DNA from: Clostridiales bacterium
GTDB lineage: Bacteria > Bacillota > Clostridia > Saccharofermentanales > Saccharofermentanaceae
Length of the DNA: 64,000 nt
Direction of reading: 5' to 3'
NCBI GenBank assembly: GCA_017551625.1
Contig: JAFZLF010000020.1
Coordinates: 1,427 to 65,426, forward strand
Shown here: positions 38,696 to 47,452 of the stretch, one piece after another
How the letters are laid out: every line of letters starts with the position of its first letter
How positions within the stretch are numbered: position 1 is the first letter of the stretch
Position numbers and translations under genes: made by a program
Notes under the pieces: model-generated
Database searches by the model: none
What the model saw: only the letters and a program-made list of their open reading frames with translations
Told to the model about the DNA's origin: nothing

Positions 38696-39868
38696 ATGGC
38701 AGAATCATATTTAAGTCGCGGAGTTTCCCCTACGAAGGACGATGTAAAGAAGGCCGTCGCCAATCAGGATAAGGGTGCTTTTCCCGGTGCTTTTTGCAAG
38801 CTGATCGATGACCTCGCGGGCGATCCGGATTACTGCTCGGCGATCCATGCGGACGGCGCGGGTACGAAGTCCTCGGTCGCATATATCGCATATCGTGAGA
38901 CGGGTGACCTCAAGTGGTTCCGCGGCATCGCCCAGGATTCTCTGGTCATGAATACCGATGACCTCGCCTGTGTCGGCGCCATCGAGAAACTTTCCCTCTC
39001 GAATACCATCGGCCGTAACGCCCACCGTGTCGACGGCAAGTGTATCGCGGCTGTCATCGAAGGCTACAACGACATCGTCGGTAAACTTCAGAATATGGGG
39101 TTTGACATCAACATGTGCGGCGGTGAGACTGCAGATGTCGGTGACCTCGTCCGTACCCTCATCGTAGACTCCACGCTCGTGACCCGTGTGGCCAGAAAGA
39201 ATGTCATCAATGCGGCGAATATCAAGCCCGGTCATGTGATCGTAGGTCTTGCATTCTTCGGTCAGGCGACCTACGAGGATTCCTATAACTCCGGCATGTC
39301 CAGTAACGGCCTTACCGCGGCCCGTCATATGCTGCTTTGCAAGGATTATCTTAAGGAATATCCGGAGTCCGTCTCCGAGACGATTCCCGAAGATAAAGTA
39401 TATTGCGGTAAGTTCCGCCTCTCGGATAAGCTCCCGGGAAGTGAGCAGACCGTAGGTGAGGCGATCCTTTCTCCGACACGTACCTATCTTCCGGTCATCC
39501 GTGATGTGCTTGATGCTTACCGTGCTTCGATCTCCGGTATCATCCACTGCACCGGCGGCGGACAGGCCAAGTGCCGTGACTTCGGTAAGAACCTTCGCAT
39601 CGTGAAGGACAATCTGTTCCCGTTCCCGCCGCTTTTCCAGGCGATCTACGAGTCCGGTGAGATCCCGATGAAGGAGATGTACCAGGTATTTAACTGCGGT
39701 CACCGTATCGAGTTCTACTGCGACGAGAGTGTCGCCCAGGGCATCATCGATATCGCCGGCAAGTATAACATCGAGGGCCGTATTGTCGGCCGCGTCGAGG
39801 CTCTGCCGGAGGGCTCCGAGAATCAGGTCGTCATCCGCGCTAACGGTGAAGAATTCATCTACGGGTGA
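38696..39868 (+). CDS. purM: Phosphoribosylformylglycinamidine cyclo-ligase (AIR synthase), long ~390-aa form
   Basis: The N-terminus reads RGVSPTKDDVKKAV...KGAFPGAFCK...GDPDYC..IHADGAGTKSS, as in the Bacteroidetes/Clostridia-type PurM. It has the AIRS N- and C-domain layout. Confidence 0.78.
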   Translation: MAESYLSRGVSPTKDDVKKAVANQDKGAFPGAFCKLIDDLAGDPDYCSAIHADGAGTKSSVAYIAYRETGDLKWFRGIAQDSLVMNTDDLACVGAIEKLSLSNTIGRNAHRVDGKCIAAVIEGYNDIVGKLQNMGFDINMCGGETADVGDLVRTLIVDSTLVTRVARKNVINAANIKPGHVIVGLAFFGQATYEDSYNSGMSSNGLTAARHMLLCKDYLKEYPESVSETIPEDKVYCGKFRLSDKLPGSEQTVGEAILSPTRTYLPVIRDVLDAYRASISGIIHCTGGGQAKCRDFGKNLRIVKDNLFPFPPLFQAIYESGEIPMKEMYQVFNCGHRIEFYCDESVAQGIIDIAGKYNIEGRIVGRVEALPEGSENQVVIRANGEEFIYG

Positions 39869-39915
39869 AGGAGACAGGTCAGTATTTGAATGCCGATTCG
39901 GAAAAGAACAGAAAC

Positions 39916-40824
39916 ATGAACAGGCGTGTATCGCAAATCAGAAGAAAAAAAGCATCGCTATCCGTCATGATGGCGATGCTTCTGTCTCTTACGTCCTGCT
40001 CTCTCGGTAGTCTTCCGTCGCGAACTTCCGCTTTAGACTCGATTTCCGATTCTTCTGTTTCGTCCTCGGAGGGGAGCGTTTCGCAGTCTTCTTCTGATTC
40101 TGGTGAAACGGTGGAACTAGACAGCAGGGAAGACCGGCTGTACGGCTATGTAGATGGGTATATGTCGACACTTTGTCTGGGTGATCCGAATCTGGTATGT
40201 GAATCCTTCGGTGTCCGCTATTCGGAAATCCTGCCGAAAACATACGATTGCGATGAACTGGTCTTTGCGACGATCTTTCAGAATCTGGATTACTACTACA
40301 GCGCTGTGGTCACCAGCGATTATGTGGATTATACGGTAGATGTGACCTGTAAGATCCCGGATATACGCGGCTGCGTAGAGGAGATCCTCGCGGATGAAAC
40401 GTTCATGAATGAGGTATGCCGGCCGTGGCTTCTGGCTCTGACGGAAGGGGATGATCCGACGGATCCCTCAGTTCAGGCCGCTTCCGATGAGGCGTATACG
40501 AAGATGAAAGAAGAGATACTTATGGAGGCATTGGGACGGATAACACGCGGTGAATATACCGAGAAAATCATGCGTACCGACTACTTCTCCGTCCACAACA
40601 ATGGCGGCGAAAACTGGATCTGCACCGGTTTCCCTGATGTCGTTTATCTCTGTGCGAAGGAGTACTACATGGTAAGCCTTACCTATATCGATTTGATTTT
40701 CGAATATATGCTGATCGAGAAGTGTGGCAACGTCATGGTCAGTAACGGGGAGTTGAAACAGGAAAAACTCGATGCGCTTCTTGAGAAGAAAAAACAGGAG
40801 ATCATCGACGTGCAGCAGGGGTAA
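39916..40824 (+). CDS. Hypothetical lipoprotein
   Basis: It has a signal peptide with lipobox LLSLTS-C and a Ser-rich linker, then a ~230-aa domain with no recognised family. The start is uncertain: alternative in-frame starts are GTG 39865 and TTG 39886. Confidence 0.6.
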   Translation: MNRRVSQIRRKKASLSVMMAMLLSLTSCSLGSLPSRTSALDSISDSSVSSSEGSVSQSSSDSGETVELDSREDRLYGYVDGYMSTLCLGDPNLVCESFGVRYSEILPKTYDCDELVFATIFQNLDYYYSAVVTSDYVDYTVDVTCKIPDIRGCVEEILADETFMNEVCRPWLLALTEGDDPTDPSVQAASDEAYTKMKEEILMEALGRITRGEYTEKIMRTDYFSVHNNGGENWICTGFPDVVYLCAKEYYMVSLTYIDLIFEYMLIEKCGNVMVSNGELKQEKLDALLEKKKQEIIDVQQG

Positions 40825-40880
40825 GGCATCCATAGTGAAACCTGTGGTAGAAAATTCCTTGGAGGATTCGAAAAAATATG

Positions 40881-40909
40881 TTGACATCGTGATTCTCTAT
40901 CGCTATAAT
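40881..40909 (+). promoter_or_regulatory. Consensus SigA promoter of tRNA-Lys
   Basis: TTGACA (40881-40886), exact 17-nt spacer, TATAAT (40904-40909). It lies 24 nt upstream of the mature tRNA 5' end. Confidence 0.7.
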
Positions 40910-40932
40910 AATCAACGTTCGCAAGAACAGAT

Positions 40933-41008
40933 GTACCTTTAGCTCAGTTGGTAGAGCAACTGACTCTTAATCAGTGGGCCCAGGGTTCGAGTCCCTGAAG
41001 GTGCACCA
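40933..41008 (+). tRNA. tRNA-Lys (anticodon CTT), CCA encoded
   Basis: I folded the 76-nt cloverleaf by hand. The acceptor stem is GTACCTT/AAGGTGC, the D arm GCTC-AGTTGGTA-GAGC, the anticodon stem ACTGA/TCAGT with loop CTCTTAA, and the T arm CAGGG-TTCGAGT-CCCTG, ending ACCA. Confidence 0.93.
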
Positions 41009-41010
41009 GA

Positions 41011-41047
41011 AGATCCGAATCGGTAACGGTTCGGATCTTTTCTTTTT
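41011..41047 (+). terminator. Intrinsic terminator after tRNA-Lys
   Basis: AGATCCGAA-tcggtaacgg-TTCGGATCT followed by TTTCTTTTT. Confidence 0.8.
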
Positions 41048-41177
41048 CCAGAAGAAAAACATCCCTAAAGTTCGAAACAGATAAACCCACGTATCACGAT
41101 CAGTAGAAGAATGTGCCGTGATTTCGGAAATGAGAGTATAATCAAAAAAGAGAATCCGATTAGGGGGGTGTACGATT

Positions 41178-42083
41178 ATGATTCAGCCTGAAGTATATCT
41201 TTTCGGCCAGATCCTGGGCACGCACTCGTTTCTTCTTAGAGACGGTTTTCTGAAGCCTGATGAGTACTCAGAGATCGAGGCGCAGTATTTCCTGCCGGGA
41301 GGGGAAACAGGAACGGCTGCTACGGTTCTCGATTCACTGGGTGTCTCGGTAAGAATGACAGGCACGCATGTCGGTACGGAAGTCGCCCCGATGCTCCGTA
41401 AATTCTATGAGAATAAGAATGTCGATCTGTCGTGTATCGACTTCATCGAGGACGATAAGGGCGTCATGGATTATGTCGTGATCGCCGGACTCGTCCGTTC
41501 CCCGATGGGCCGATTCGCGACGCTGTTTTCGAGCGGGAAGCGTTTCTGGAGTGTCCCGAAGGAAGAGGATATCGCCGGTTGCAAGGTTGCAGCCATCGAT
41601 CCGTTCTTCGGAGAAGAGACACAGAAGGTCGCGGAGATCTGCGTGAAGAATCATATCCCGTATGTGACGATAGATAGTCCCCATGAATCATATCTGCACC
41701 AGCATGCCGCCATTAACGTGGTCTCGAAAGAGTGCACCGCGAAGGACTATGCGGGAAAAGCACCGGATGAGATCATGGAGTGCTTAAAGAGTACGTCCGC
41801 AGGTCTTACTATCCTGACGCAGGGCGGAGGGGAGATGCTGTATGGACGGAAAGGACAGGAGACAAAGAGGATGAGTGCTTTTGACGTAGAGGTAAGAAGC
41901 ACCCTCGGTGCCGGCGATACCTATAAGGCCGGATGTGTCTATGCGGTCCTTCACGGCATGAGTGACGACGAGACGGTAAGATTTGCGAGCGCGTGCTCGG
42001 GTATTGCGATCTCGAGATTCCCGCTGCCGCTTTTTCCACCGAAATTTGAAGAAGTAAATGATTTGATAAATAGTGTGATATAA
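41178..42083 (+). CDS. PfkB-family (ribokinase-like) carbohydrate/nucleoside kinase, substrate unknown
   Basis: 301 aa. It has the PGGETGTAA (GG) motif and the C-terminal anion-hole motif TLGAGDTYKAGCVYAV. Confidence 0.75.
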   Translation: MIQPEVYLFGQILGTHSFLLRDGFLKPDEYSEIEAQYFLPGGETGTAATVLDSLGVSVRMTGTHVGTEVAPMLRKFYENKNVDLSCIDFIEDDKGVMDYVVIAGLVRSPMGRFATLFSSGKRFWSVPKEEDIAGCKVAAIDPFFGEETQKVAEICVKNHIPYVTIDSPHESYLHQHAAINVVSKECTAKDYAGKAPDEIMECLKSTSAGLTILTQGGGEMLYGRKGQETKRMSAFDVEVRSTLGAGDTYKAGCVYAVLHGMSDDETVRFASACSGIAISRFPLPLFPPKFEEVNDLINSVI

Positions 42084-42128
42084 TCTTTTGTTGTGGCAAT
42101 AAAGCCGATGTCTCAGGAGGAAGTAAAC

Positions 42129-43412
42129 ATGGATAATAATTTCAGAATTGAAACGAATTGTGTTCAGGGCGCATATCAGCCGAAGAACGGTGAATCTAGA
42201 GTCATGCCGATCGTGCAGAGTACGACATGGAAGTACTCTACAACCGAGCAGATGGGCCGTCTTTTCGACCTCGAGGAGAGCGGATATTTCTATACGCGTC
42301 TTGCGAACCCGACCAGTGACCTCGTAGCGGCAAAGATCTGCATGCTCGAAGGCGGTGTTGCGGCCATGCTGACTTCTTCCGGTCAGGCTGCAAACTTCTA
42401 TTCGATCTTCAATCTCTGCTCTGCAGGAGACCACATCGTATGCTCTTCCGCTCTTTATGGCGGTACATACAACCTTTTCGCACACACCATCAAGAAGATG
42501 GGTATCGATGCGACATTCGTATCTCCGGATGCGACAGAAGCAGAGATCGAGGCAGCGATCCAGCCGAACACGAAGCTGGTTTTCGGTGAGACGATCGCAA
42601 ACCCGGCACTCAATGTTCTCGACATCGAGACATTTGCCAAGACAGCACATAAGAACGGTCTTCCGTTCATGATCGATAACACATTCGCGACACCGATCAA
42701 CTGCCGTCCGATCGAGTGGGGCGCCGATATCGTTATCCACTCCACGACCAAGTACATGGACGGTCACGCGACATCCGTTGGTGGCTGTATCGTTGACGCA
42801 GGTACCTTCGACTGGACAAAGTATCCGGATAAGTTCGCAGGACTCGTCGAGCCGGATGAGACTTATCACGGCGTATCCTACACAGGCCGTTTCGGAAAGT
42901 CCGCTTTCATCATGAAGGCGGTCGCTCAGCTGATGCGTGACCTCGGCTCCATCCCGGGTCCGATGAATGCATTCCTTCTGAACCTGGGCCTCGAGACACT
43001 GCATCTGCGTATGCCGCGTCACTGCGAGAATGCGCAGGCTGTTGCCGAGTATCTGCAGAATCATCCGAAGATCGCATGGGTATCTTTCCCGGGCCTGCCT
43101 GGTGATAAGGAATACGAGAAGGCGAAGAAGTACTGCCCGAACGGCACCTGTGGCGTTCTATCCTTCGGTGTAAAGGGCGGCAGAGAAGCCTGCATCAAGT
43201 TCATGGATTCCCTGAAGCTTGCTGCGATCTGCACACACGTTGCGGACTGCAGAACCTGCGTACTGCACCCGGCTTCCCATACACACCGTCAGATGAATGA
43301 TGAAGAATTGAAGGCGGCTGGCGTAAGTCCTGATCTCATCCGTTTCTCTACGGGTATCGAGAGCAAGGAAGACATCATTGCCGATATCGAGCAGGCCCTC
43401 GCGAACGTCTGA
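42129..43412 (+). CDS. metY: O-acetylhomoserine sulfhydrylase / aminocarboxypropyltransferase (Cys/Met-metabolism PLP enzyme)
   Basis: It has the YTRLANPT motif and the PLP lysine in HSTTKYMDGH. I chose the ATG at 42129 (AGGAGG, 8-nt spacing); the ORF-track GTG at 42093 is less likely. Confidence 0.88.
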   Translation: MDNNFRIETNCVQGAYQPKNGESRVMPIVQSTTWKYSTTEQMGRLFDLEESGYFYTRLANPTSDLVAAKICMLEGGVAAMLTSSGQAANFYSIFNLCSAGDHIVCSSALYGGTYNLFAHTIKKMGIDATFVSPDATEAEIEAAIQPNTKLVFGETIANPALNVLDIETFAKTAHKNGLPFMIDNTFATPINCRPIEWGADIVIHSTTKYMDGHATSVGGCIVDAGTFDWTKYPDKFAGLVEPDETYHGVSYTGRFGKSAFIMKAVAQLMRDLGSIPGPMNAFLLNLGLETLHLRMPRHCENAQAVAEYLQNHPKIAWVSFPGLPGDKEYEKAKKYCPNGTCGVLSFGVKGGREACIKFMDSLKLAAICTHVADCRTCVLHPASHTHRQMNDEELKAAGVSPDLIRFSTGIESKEDIIADIEQALANV

Positions 43413-43511
43413 TTGAAATAACGAAATCGATTTCGAAAAAGCATTTCATTTTGCGCTCCTTTTATGTACAATAGAGGGAGCGTAAATTATTTCCTTAAGG
43501 AGGATCAAGAC

Positions 43512-44147
43512 ATGAAGATTTACAGCGTTCTCGATAAAGAATTCGCACCTTACGGCAAGGTACTCACAGGTTACGATGTATCCGGTCTGATCAAGGCTCT
43601 CGATGAGAAGACACCGCTTCCGGATGGCGTCGAGTATGTGATGAGCTGTGCAGATCTCGAGTACACCGATGCTTTTGGCGTACTGCAGAATAACGCATAC
43701 GGCGGCATGCCGATCCAGCTCGGCTACTGCAATGGCCATAACACGAAGCTCAACTGCCTCGAGTATCACCGTGACAGCGAGCTGAACATCGGTTCCACCG
43801 ATTTCATCCTGCTCCTGGCGAAGGCTGACGATATCGTAGACGGCAAGCTCGACACATCCAAGGTCATGGCTTTTAAGGCGGAAAAAGGACAGGTCGTCGA
43901 AGTTTATGAGACGTCTCTCCACTATGCTCCGTGCTCTGCCAAGAAGGGCGAAGGCTTCAAGGTCGTTATCGTTCTGCCAAAGGGCACCAATGGCCCGGTT
44001 CCGGCGCTGACCGCTTATAACGAAGAAGATAAGTGGATGACTGCATGCAATAAGTGGCTCCTCGCTCATGAAGAATCCTCTGAGGCGAAGAGTGGCGCTT
44101 ATGTGGGACTCACAGGTGTGAATCCGGATATCGCGGATCTGATCTGA
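43512..44147 (+). CDS. DUF4867-like (cupin/ureidoglycolate-lyase-like) protein
   Basis: 211 aa starting MKIYSVLDKEFAPYGKVL, with RBS AAGGAGGA. I assigned the family from memory of similar clostridial proteins, not from a search. Confidence 0.55.
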   Translation: MKIYSVLDKEFAPYGKVLTGYDVSGLIKALDEKTPLPDGVEYVMSCADLEYTDAFGVLQNNAYGGMPIQLGYCNGHNTKLNCLEYHRDSELNIGSTDFILLLAKADDIVDGKLDTSKVMAFKAEKGQVVEVYETSLHYAPCSAKKGEGFKVVIVLPKGTNGPVPALTAYNEEDKWMTACNKWLLAHEESSEAKSGAYVGLTGVNPDIADLI

Positions 44148-44167
44148 TTTCCGATTAATTGATTATT

Positions 44168-44230
44168 GCGAAAAAGAAAAGCTTTCTTGTGCTGACCTTT
44201 GGAGGCACTTGAAAGCTTTTCTTTTTGCGC
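44168..44230. repeat. Palindromic intergenic element, copy A (also a likely bidirectional terminator)
   Basis: Arm GCGAAAAAGAAAAGCTTTC (44168-44186) pairs with GAAAGCTTTTCTTTTTGCGC (44211-30), giving 16 contiguous bp. The 24-nt loop has an inner GTGC/GCAC stem. Confidence 0.75.
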
Positions 44231-44234
44231 ATAT

Positions 44235-44289
44235 GCAAGTTTCTCGGAAAAGGCGAAAAATATTAGGCCGCCGGAGAGATTTCTTTTGC
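44235..44289. repeat. Palindromic intergenic element, degenerate copy E (inverted relative to copy C)
   Basis: The reverse complement, GCAAAAGAAATCTCTCCGGCGGCC..., matches the left arm of copy C at 22 of 23 positions. The opposite arm is eroded. Confidence 0.6.
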
Positions 44290-44396
44290 TTTGGATTCAT
44301 GAATCACAGAATAGTATACATGGATAAGCTCTGGGAAATTAATCAGCTCAAGCCTTCGCGGATCGATTGGGAAAACCTCTGATTACTACACTGATT

Positions 44397-44425
44397 TTGA
44401 CAAAACGGCGATGAAAGTGTAAAAT
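44397..44425 (+). promoter_or_regulatory. Near-consensus promoter for the 44521 lipoprotein gene
   Basis: TTGACA (44397-44402), 17-nt spacer, TAAAAT (44420-44425). It lies about 95 nt upstream of the ATG. Confidence 0.6.
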
Positions 44426-44520
44426 TTCGTTTAGAGTTTAGAAAGGCAGAGTGGCTATCGTTTTCGGATGTGACCCATTCTTTCTTTTTGGCTCAAAAAG
44501 AAATGAGTGAGGTAAGTAGT

Positions 44521-45738
44521 ATGAAAAACACAACGAAATTCTTATCTGTACTGCTTGCTCTTTCCATGACTGCCGGTTTGGCTGCTTGTGGAAGCAAGGA
44601 AACAGAAAAGGAAGAAAAAGACGACAAGACGAAGAAGACTGAGGCGTCAGGAGACACGGATGATACCGAGTCCCAGCCGGATGCTACGACAACAGAAGCT
44701 ACCGAGGCGACAACAGAGGAAACAACCACCGCCGAGACCACGCCGGCTATTCCGGATGGATATGAGCAGATCTCTTTTACTGACACTCAGTTTGGTGTAG
44801 AAGTTACTATGAATGTTCTTTCCGGCGGACTTCTTGAGCAGAAGTATGATGACACATACTATACCTATGAGATGGCGGATAAGAGTGATGAGGGGTATCG
44901 CATCTCTTATAAGTTCGATGTCATTGCCGTAAACTATGACGATGATTTCTGGGCATATAAAACCAAAAACTCTGAAACGATCGACGGCGGAAACCATCCG
45001 ATCATGTACAATCCGCATAGTGAAAGTCTGCAGTATCTTTCTATTTGGGGCGGAGAATGCTACAACGGTCAATATCTTGCAAAAATCACACTCAGTAATT
45101 CAGAAGGAAAATATCCGGAAGATGCTATGAGAGAACTGGCTGAAAATGTCGGACGTTCTGTCGAATTCCATTCTATCGGCTCTGATGAGTTTACGGATGC
45201 AGATGGGAATTTTGTATGCACACAGGATTATATCAAGTTCGGAAAAAGTATGACGGTCGATGGCAAAGAAATGACTCCTTATATCTACATCTATGAGGGG
45301 GAAAGTGCCTATCCGTACTGGAAAGTGGATTTTGAAAATGCCGAAGGTGAACACATTGATGTGCTGGCCCGTGGCGGATATAACGGAACATACTATAATG
45401 CCCGTCTGGAAAATGATGATTGGAGACAATGCATGGTTTCCGGTTATCCGGCGATCTGTCATCTGTCTAATGACGGCGGAAAACTCGTTGCTGAATATGT
45501 TATCGTTCTGGGTCATGAGGATAGAGAAACATCTGATGGCGATAAGTATGAAGAAGATGTGATGATCTATGAGATCATCGACGGTGATTACGGTGATGAT
45601 TTCATTAAGGATCTCATCAAAGGCAGTTCTGATCATCCGGAGCTTTACGAGCGCATGGATGCCTATGCCGGCGGTTACCTCGATGCTGTGATCTACACAC
45701 CGCTTGAAGGTGCCACTCCGGTAGAAAAGCAGGGCTGA
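44521..45738 (+). CDS. Hypothetical lipoprotein with an acidic Thr/Glu-rich linker
   Basis: MKNTTKFLSVLLALSMTAGLAA-C lipobox with a GAGG RBS 8 nt upstream. A ~330-aa domain follows with no recognised family. The ORF-track start at 44470 lacks an RBS. Confidence 0.7.
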   Translation: MKNTTKFLSVLLALSMTAGLAACGSKETEKEEKDDKTKKTEASGDTDDTESQPDATTTEATEATTEETTTAETTPAIPDGYEQISFTDTQFGVEVTMNVLSGGLLEQKYDDTYYTYEMADKSDEGYRISYKFDVIAVNYDDDFWAYKTKNSETIDGGNHPIMYNPHSESLQYLSIWGGECYNGQYLAKITLSNSEGKYPEDAMRELAENVGRSVEFHSIGSDEFTDADGNFVCTQDYIKFGKSMTVDGKEMTPYIYIYEGESAYPYWKVDFENAEGEHIDVLARGGYNGTYYNARLENDDWRQCMVSGYPAICHLSNDGGKLVAEYVIVLGHEDRETSDGDKYEEDVMIYEIIDGDYGDDFIKDLIKGSSDHPELYERMDAYAGGYLDAVIYTPLEGATPVEKQG

Positions 45739-45756
45739 TTTTTCCTGCATAATCGG

Positions 45757-45790
45757 GTAAGCGGATACAAGGCGTATTCGCTTGCTTTCT
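45757..45790 (+). terminator. Terminator-like hairpin after the lipoprotein gene
   Basis: GTAAGCGGATAC-aaggc-GTATTCGCTTGC (12-bp stem with one mismatch and one wobble) followed by TTTCT. Confidence 0.5.
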
Positions 45791-45798
45791 AAAAGAAA

Positions 45799-45876
45799 GA
45801 CAAAAAGAAATCTCTCCAGCGGCGAGTTTTGCGGTTTCGCAAACTGTTTGAGCCGAGGGAGAGATTTCTTTTTGCC
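45799..45876. repeat. Palindromic intergenic element, copy C (between convergent genes)
   Basis: A 17-bp perfect stem, CAAAAAGAAATCTCTCC (45801-45817) with GGAGAGATTTCTTTTTG (45858-45874). The 40-nt loop contains an inner AGTTTTGCG/CGCAAACT hairpin. Confidence 0.8.
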
Positions 45877-45890
45877 GATTAGCGAATCAA

Positions 45891-47240
45891 TTAACCGAAG
45901 AACTCCTTGTAGAGCGTCCTTACCGCATAGGAGCAGTATTCTTCGCGTACGCCGAACATGACGGAGATCTCGGAAGCGCCCTGGTTGATAAGCTCGAGGT
46001 TGATACCGGCTTTGGAAAGGGCGGTAGCGGCACGGGCCGTGGTACCTACGGTATTGGCCATCGCCTGACCAACGATCATAACAATGGCGAGATCACGGTG
46101 CACAGAGATGTTATCCACATTCAGTTCTAGGCTGATGCGCTGGATGATGCGGCGCTCTTTTTCAGGTGTGAAGTCAGAGGCACGCAGGATGATGGAGACG
46201 GAATCGATACCGGAAGGCATGTGCTCGATGGAGATGCCCTCATCCGCGATAATGGAGAGGACCTTTACGAGGAAGCCGACCTCACGGTTCATCAGATACT
46301 TGCTCATGTTCAGGGCGCAGAAGCCTTTCTCGCCAGCGATGCCGGTTACGAGGGAATCGTAGTGGGTACGCTTGTTGACGATCATGGTGCCCTTGCTGTC
46401 CGGGTTGTTGGTATTTCTGATGTTGACCGGGATACCGCGGACAAATGCCGGGTACAGCGCCTCTTCGTGAAGCACAGAGAAACCGGCGTAAGCAAGCTCT
46501 CTCATCTCATCATAGGTGATCTCGGTGACCGGGAACGGATCCTTTACGAGATTCGGGTTTACGGCATAAACATTGTCGACGTCTGTCCAGTTCTCGTATA
46601 CGGAAGCATGAACAGCCGCGGCAAGGATCGCACCGGTAATATCGGAACCGCCGCGTGAGAAGGTGATGATCTCGCCTTCCTTGGAGAATCCGTAGAAGCC
46701 CGGGAATACACAGATCTCACGGAGTTTACTGATATCTGCCAAGTTGTCATAGGACTCCGGAAGGATCTTAACGTGGCCACCGACCTCGGTCTCGAGGAAG
46801 AGTCCGGCCACTCTCGGGTTGCAGTAAGTGGCCTTGTGACCGATCTTCTTGAGGTAGGTTGCGACGAGGCGCGCACAGCTGTCTTCGCCAAGAGCCTTGG
46901 TCGCGTCCATATATCTGCCGGCATCTTTGATCGGGGAATTGATCGAATCTTCGATGTTCTCCTTGATGGAATCCATACACTCGGGGATCTCGAGTTCTTC
47001 GCAAATAGAAGAGAAGCGGTCGAGAACGGCCTGCAGTTCCTTCTCACCGGACTGCCCGGAAATCTTCGCGTTTGCGAGGGCGATCAGAAGGTCCGTCACC
47101 TTGATGTCGGACGGGAAGCGCTTACCGGGTGCAGAGACGACGATGACACGTCTCTCCGGATCGCTGAGCAATATTTCGCAGACCTTCTTAATCTGGGTGG
47201 CGTCTGCACAGGATGAACCACCGAACTTGGTTACTTTCAT
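45891..47240 (-). CDS. Aspartate kinase
   Basis: MKVTKFGGSSCA start, VVSAPG motif and C-terminal ACT domains. The ORF track extends 14 codons further upstream (to 47282). The start is uncertain because neither ATG has a well-spaced RBS. Confidence 0.9.
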   Translation of the reverse strand: MKVTKFGGSSCADATQIKKVCEILLSDPERRVIVVSAPGKRFPSDIKVTDLLIALANAKISGQSGEKELQAVLDRFSSICEELEIPECMDSIKENIEDSINSPIKDAGRYMDATKALGEDSCARLVATYLKKIGHKATYCNPRVAGLFLETEVGGHVKILPESYDNLADISKLREICVFPGFYGFSKEGEIITFSRGGSDITGAILAAAVHASVYENWTDVDNVYAVNPNLVKDPFPVTEITYDEMRELAYAGFSVLHEEALYPAFVRGIPVNIRNTNNPDSKGTMIVNKRTHYDSLVTGIAGEKGFCALNMSKYLMNREVGFLVKVLSIIADEGISIEHMPSGIDSVSIILRASDFTPEKERRIIQRISLELNVDNISVHRDLAIVMIVGQAMANTVGTTARAATALSKAGINLELINQGASEISVMFGVREEYCSYAVRTLYKEFFG

Positions 47241-47452
47241 ATGTCTGTCAGGAGAATTCCTGAGCCTCCTTTTCATTTTCACACGCTATTATATAGTTAT
47301 AGTAGGCTTTCGTGCAAGTGAATGGCGGTATACTTGCGGTTTTTCTTGAGGATTGGTATCCTACTACTGGTTTTCGGGCGATCTTCCGGCTTCTAATGAA
47401 GTGGACGATTCTTCCGTATTCCGAAGAGAAGGAAACTGTGAGGAGCGATCGA

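Noticed and set aside
40933-41177. tRNA-Lys as a possible integration hotspot or genomic-island boundary.
   Set aside because: There is no integrase, no direct repeat of the tRNA 3' end, and no phage or transposon genes on either side. The downstream genes are ordinary metabolic genes.
41048-42128. Possible SAM (S-box) riboswitch or T-box leader before the PfkB kinase or metY.
   Set aside because: The leaders are only about 130 and 45 nt. They lack the S-box CUCUUAUC..GAGAGG-type helices, a T-box AGAGA/GNUGGNA motif, and a terminator/antiterminator pair.
47241-47452. Possible lysine riboswitch (L-box) upstream of aspartate kinase, and likewise upstream of dapA (32456-32602).
   Set aside because: Reading both strands, I found none of the conserved L-box blocks that I remember (an AGAGGCGC-type start, the GG..AGUAA turn, the CUGUCA block). 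The dapA leader is also too short (about 95 nt). An Rfam cmscan would settle this.
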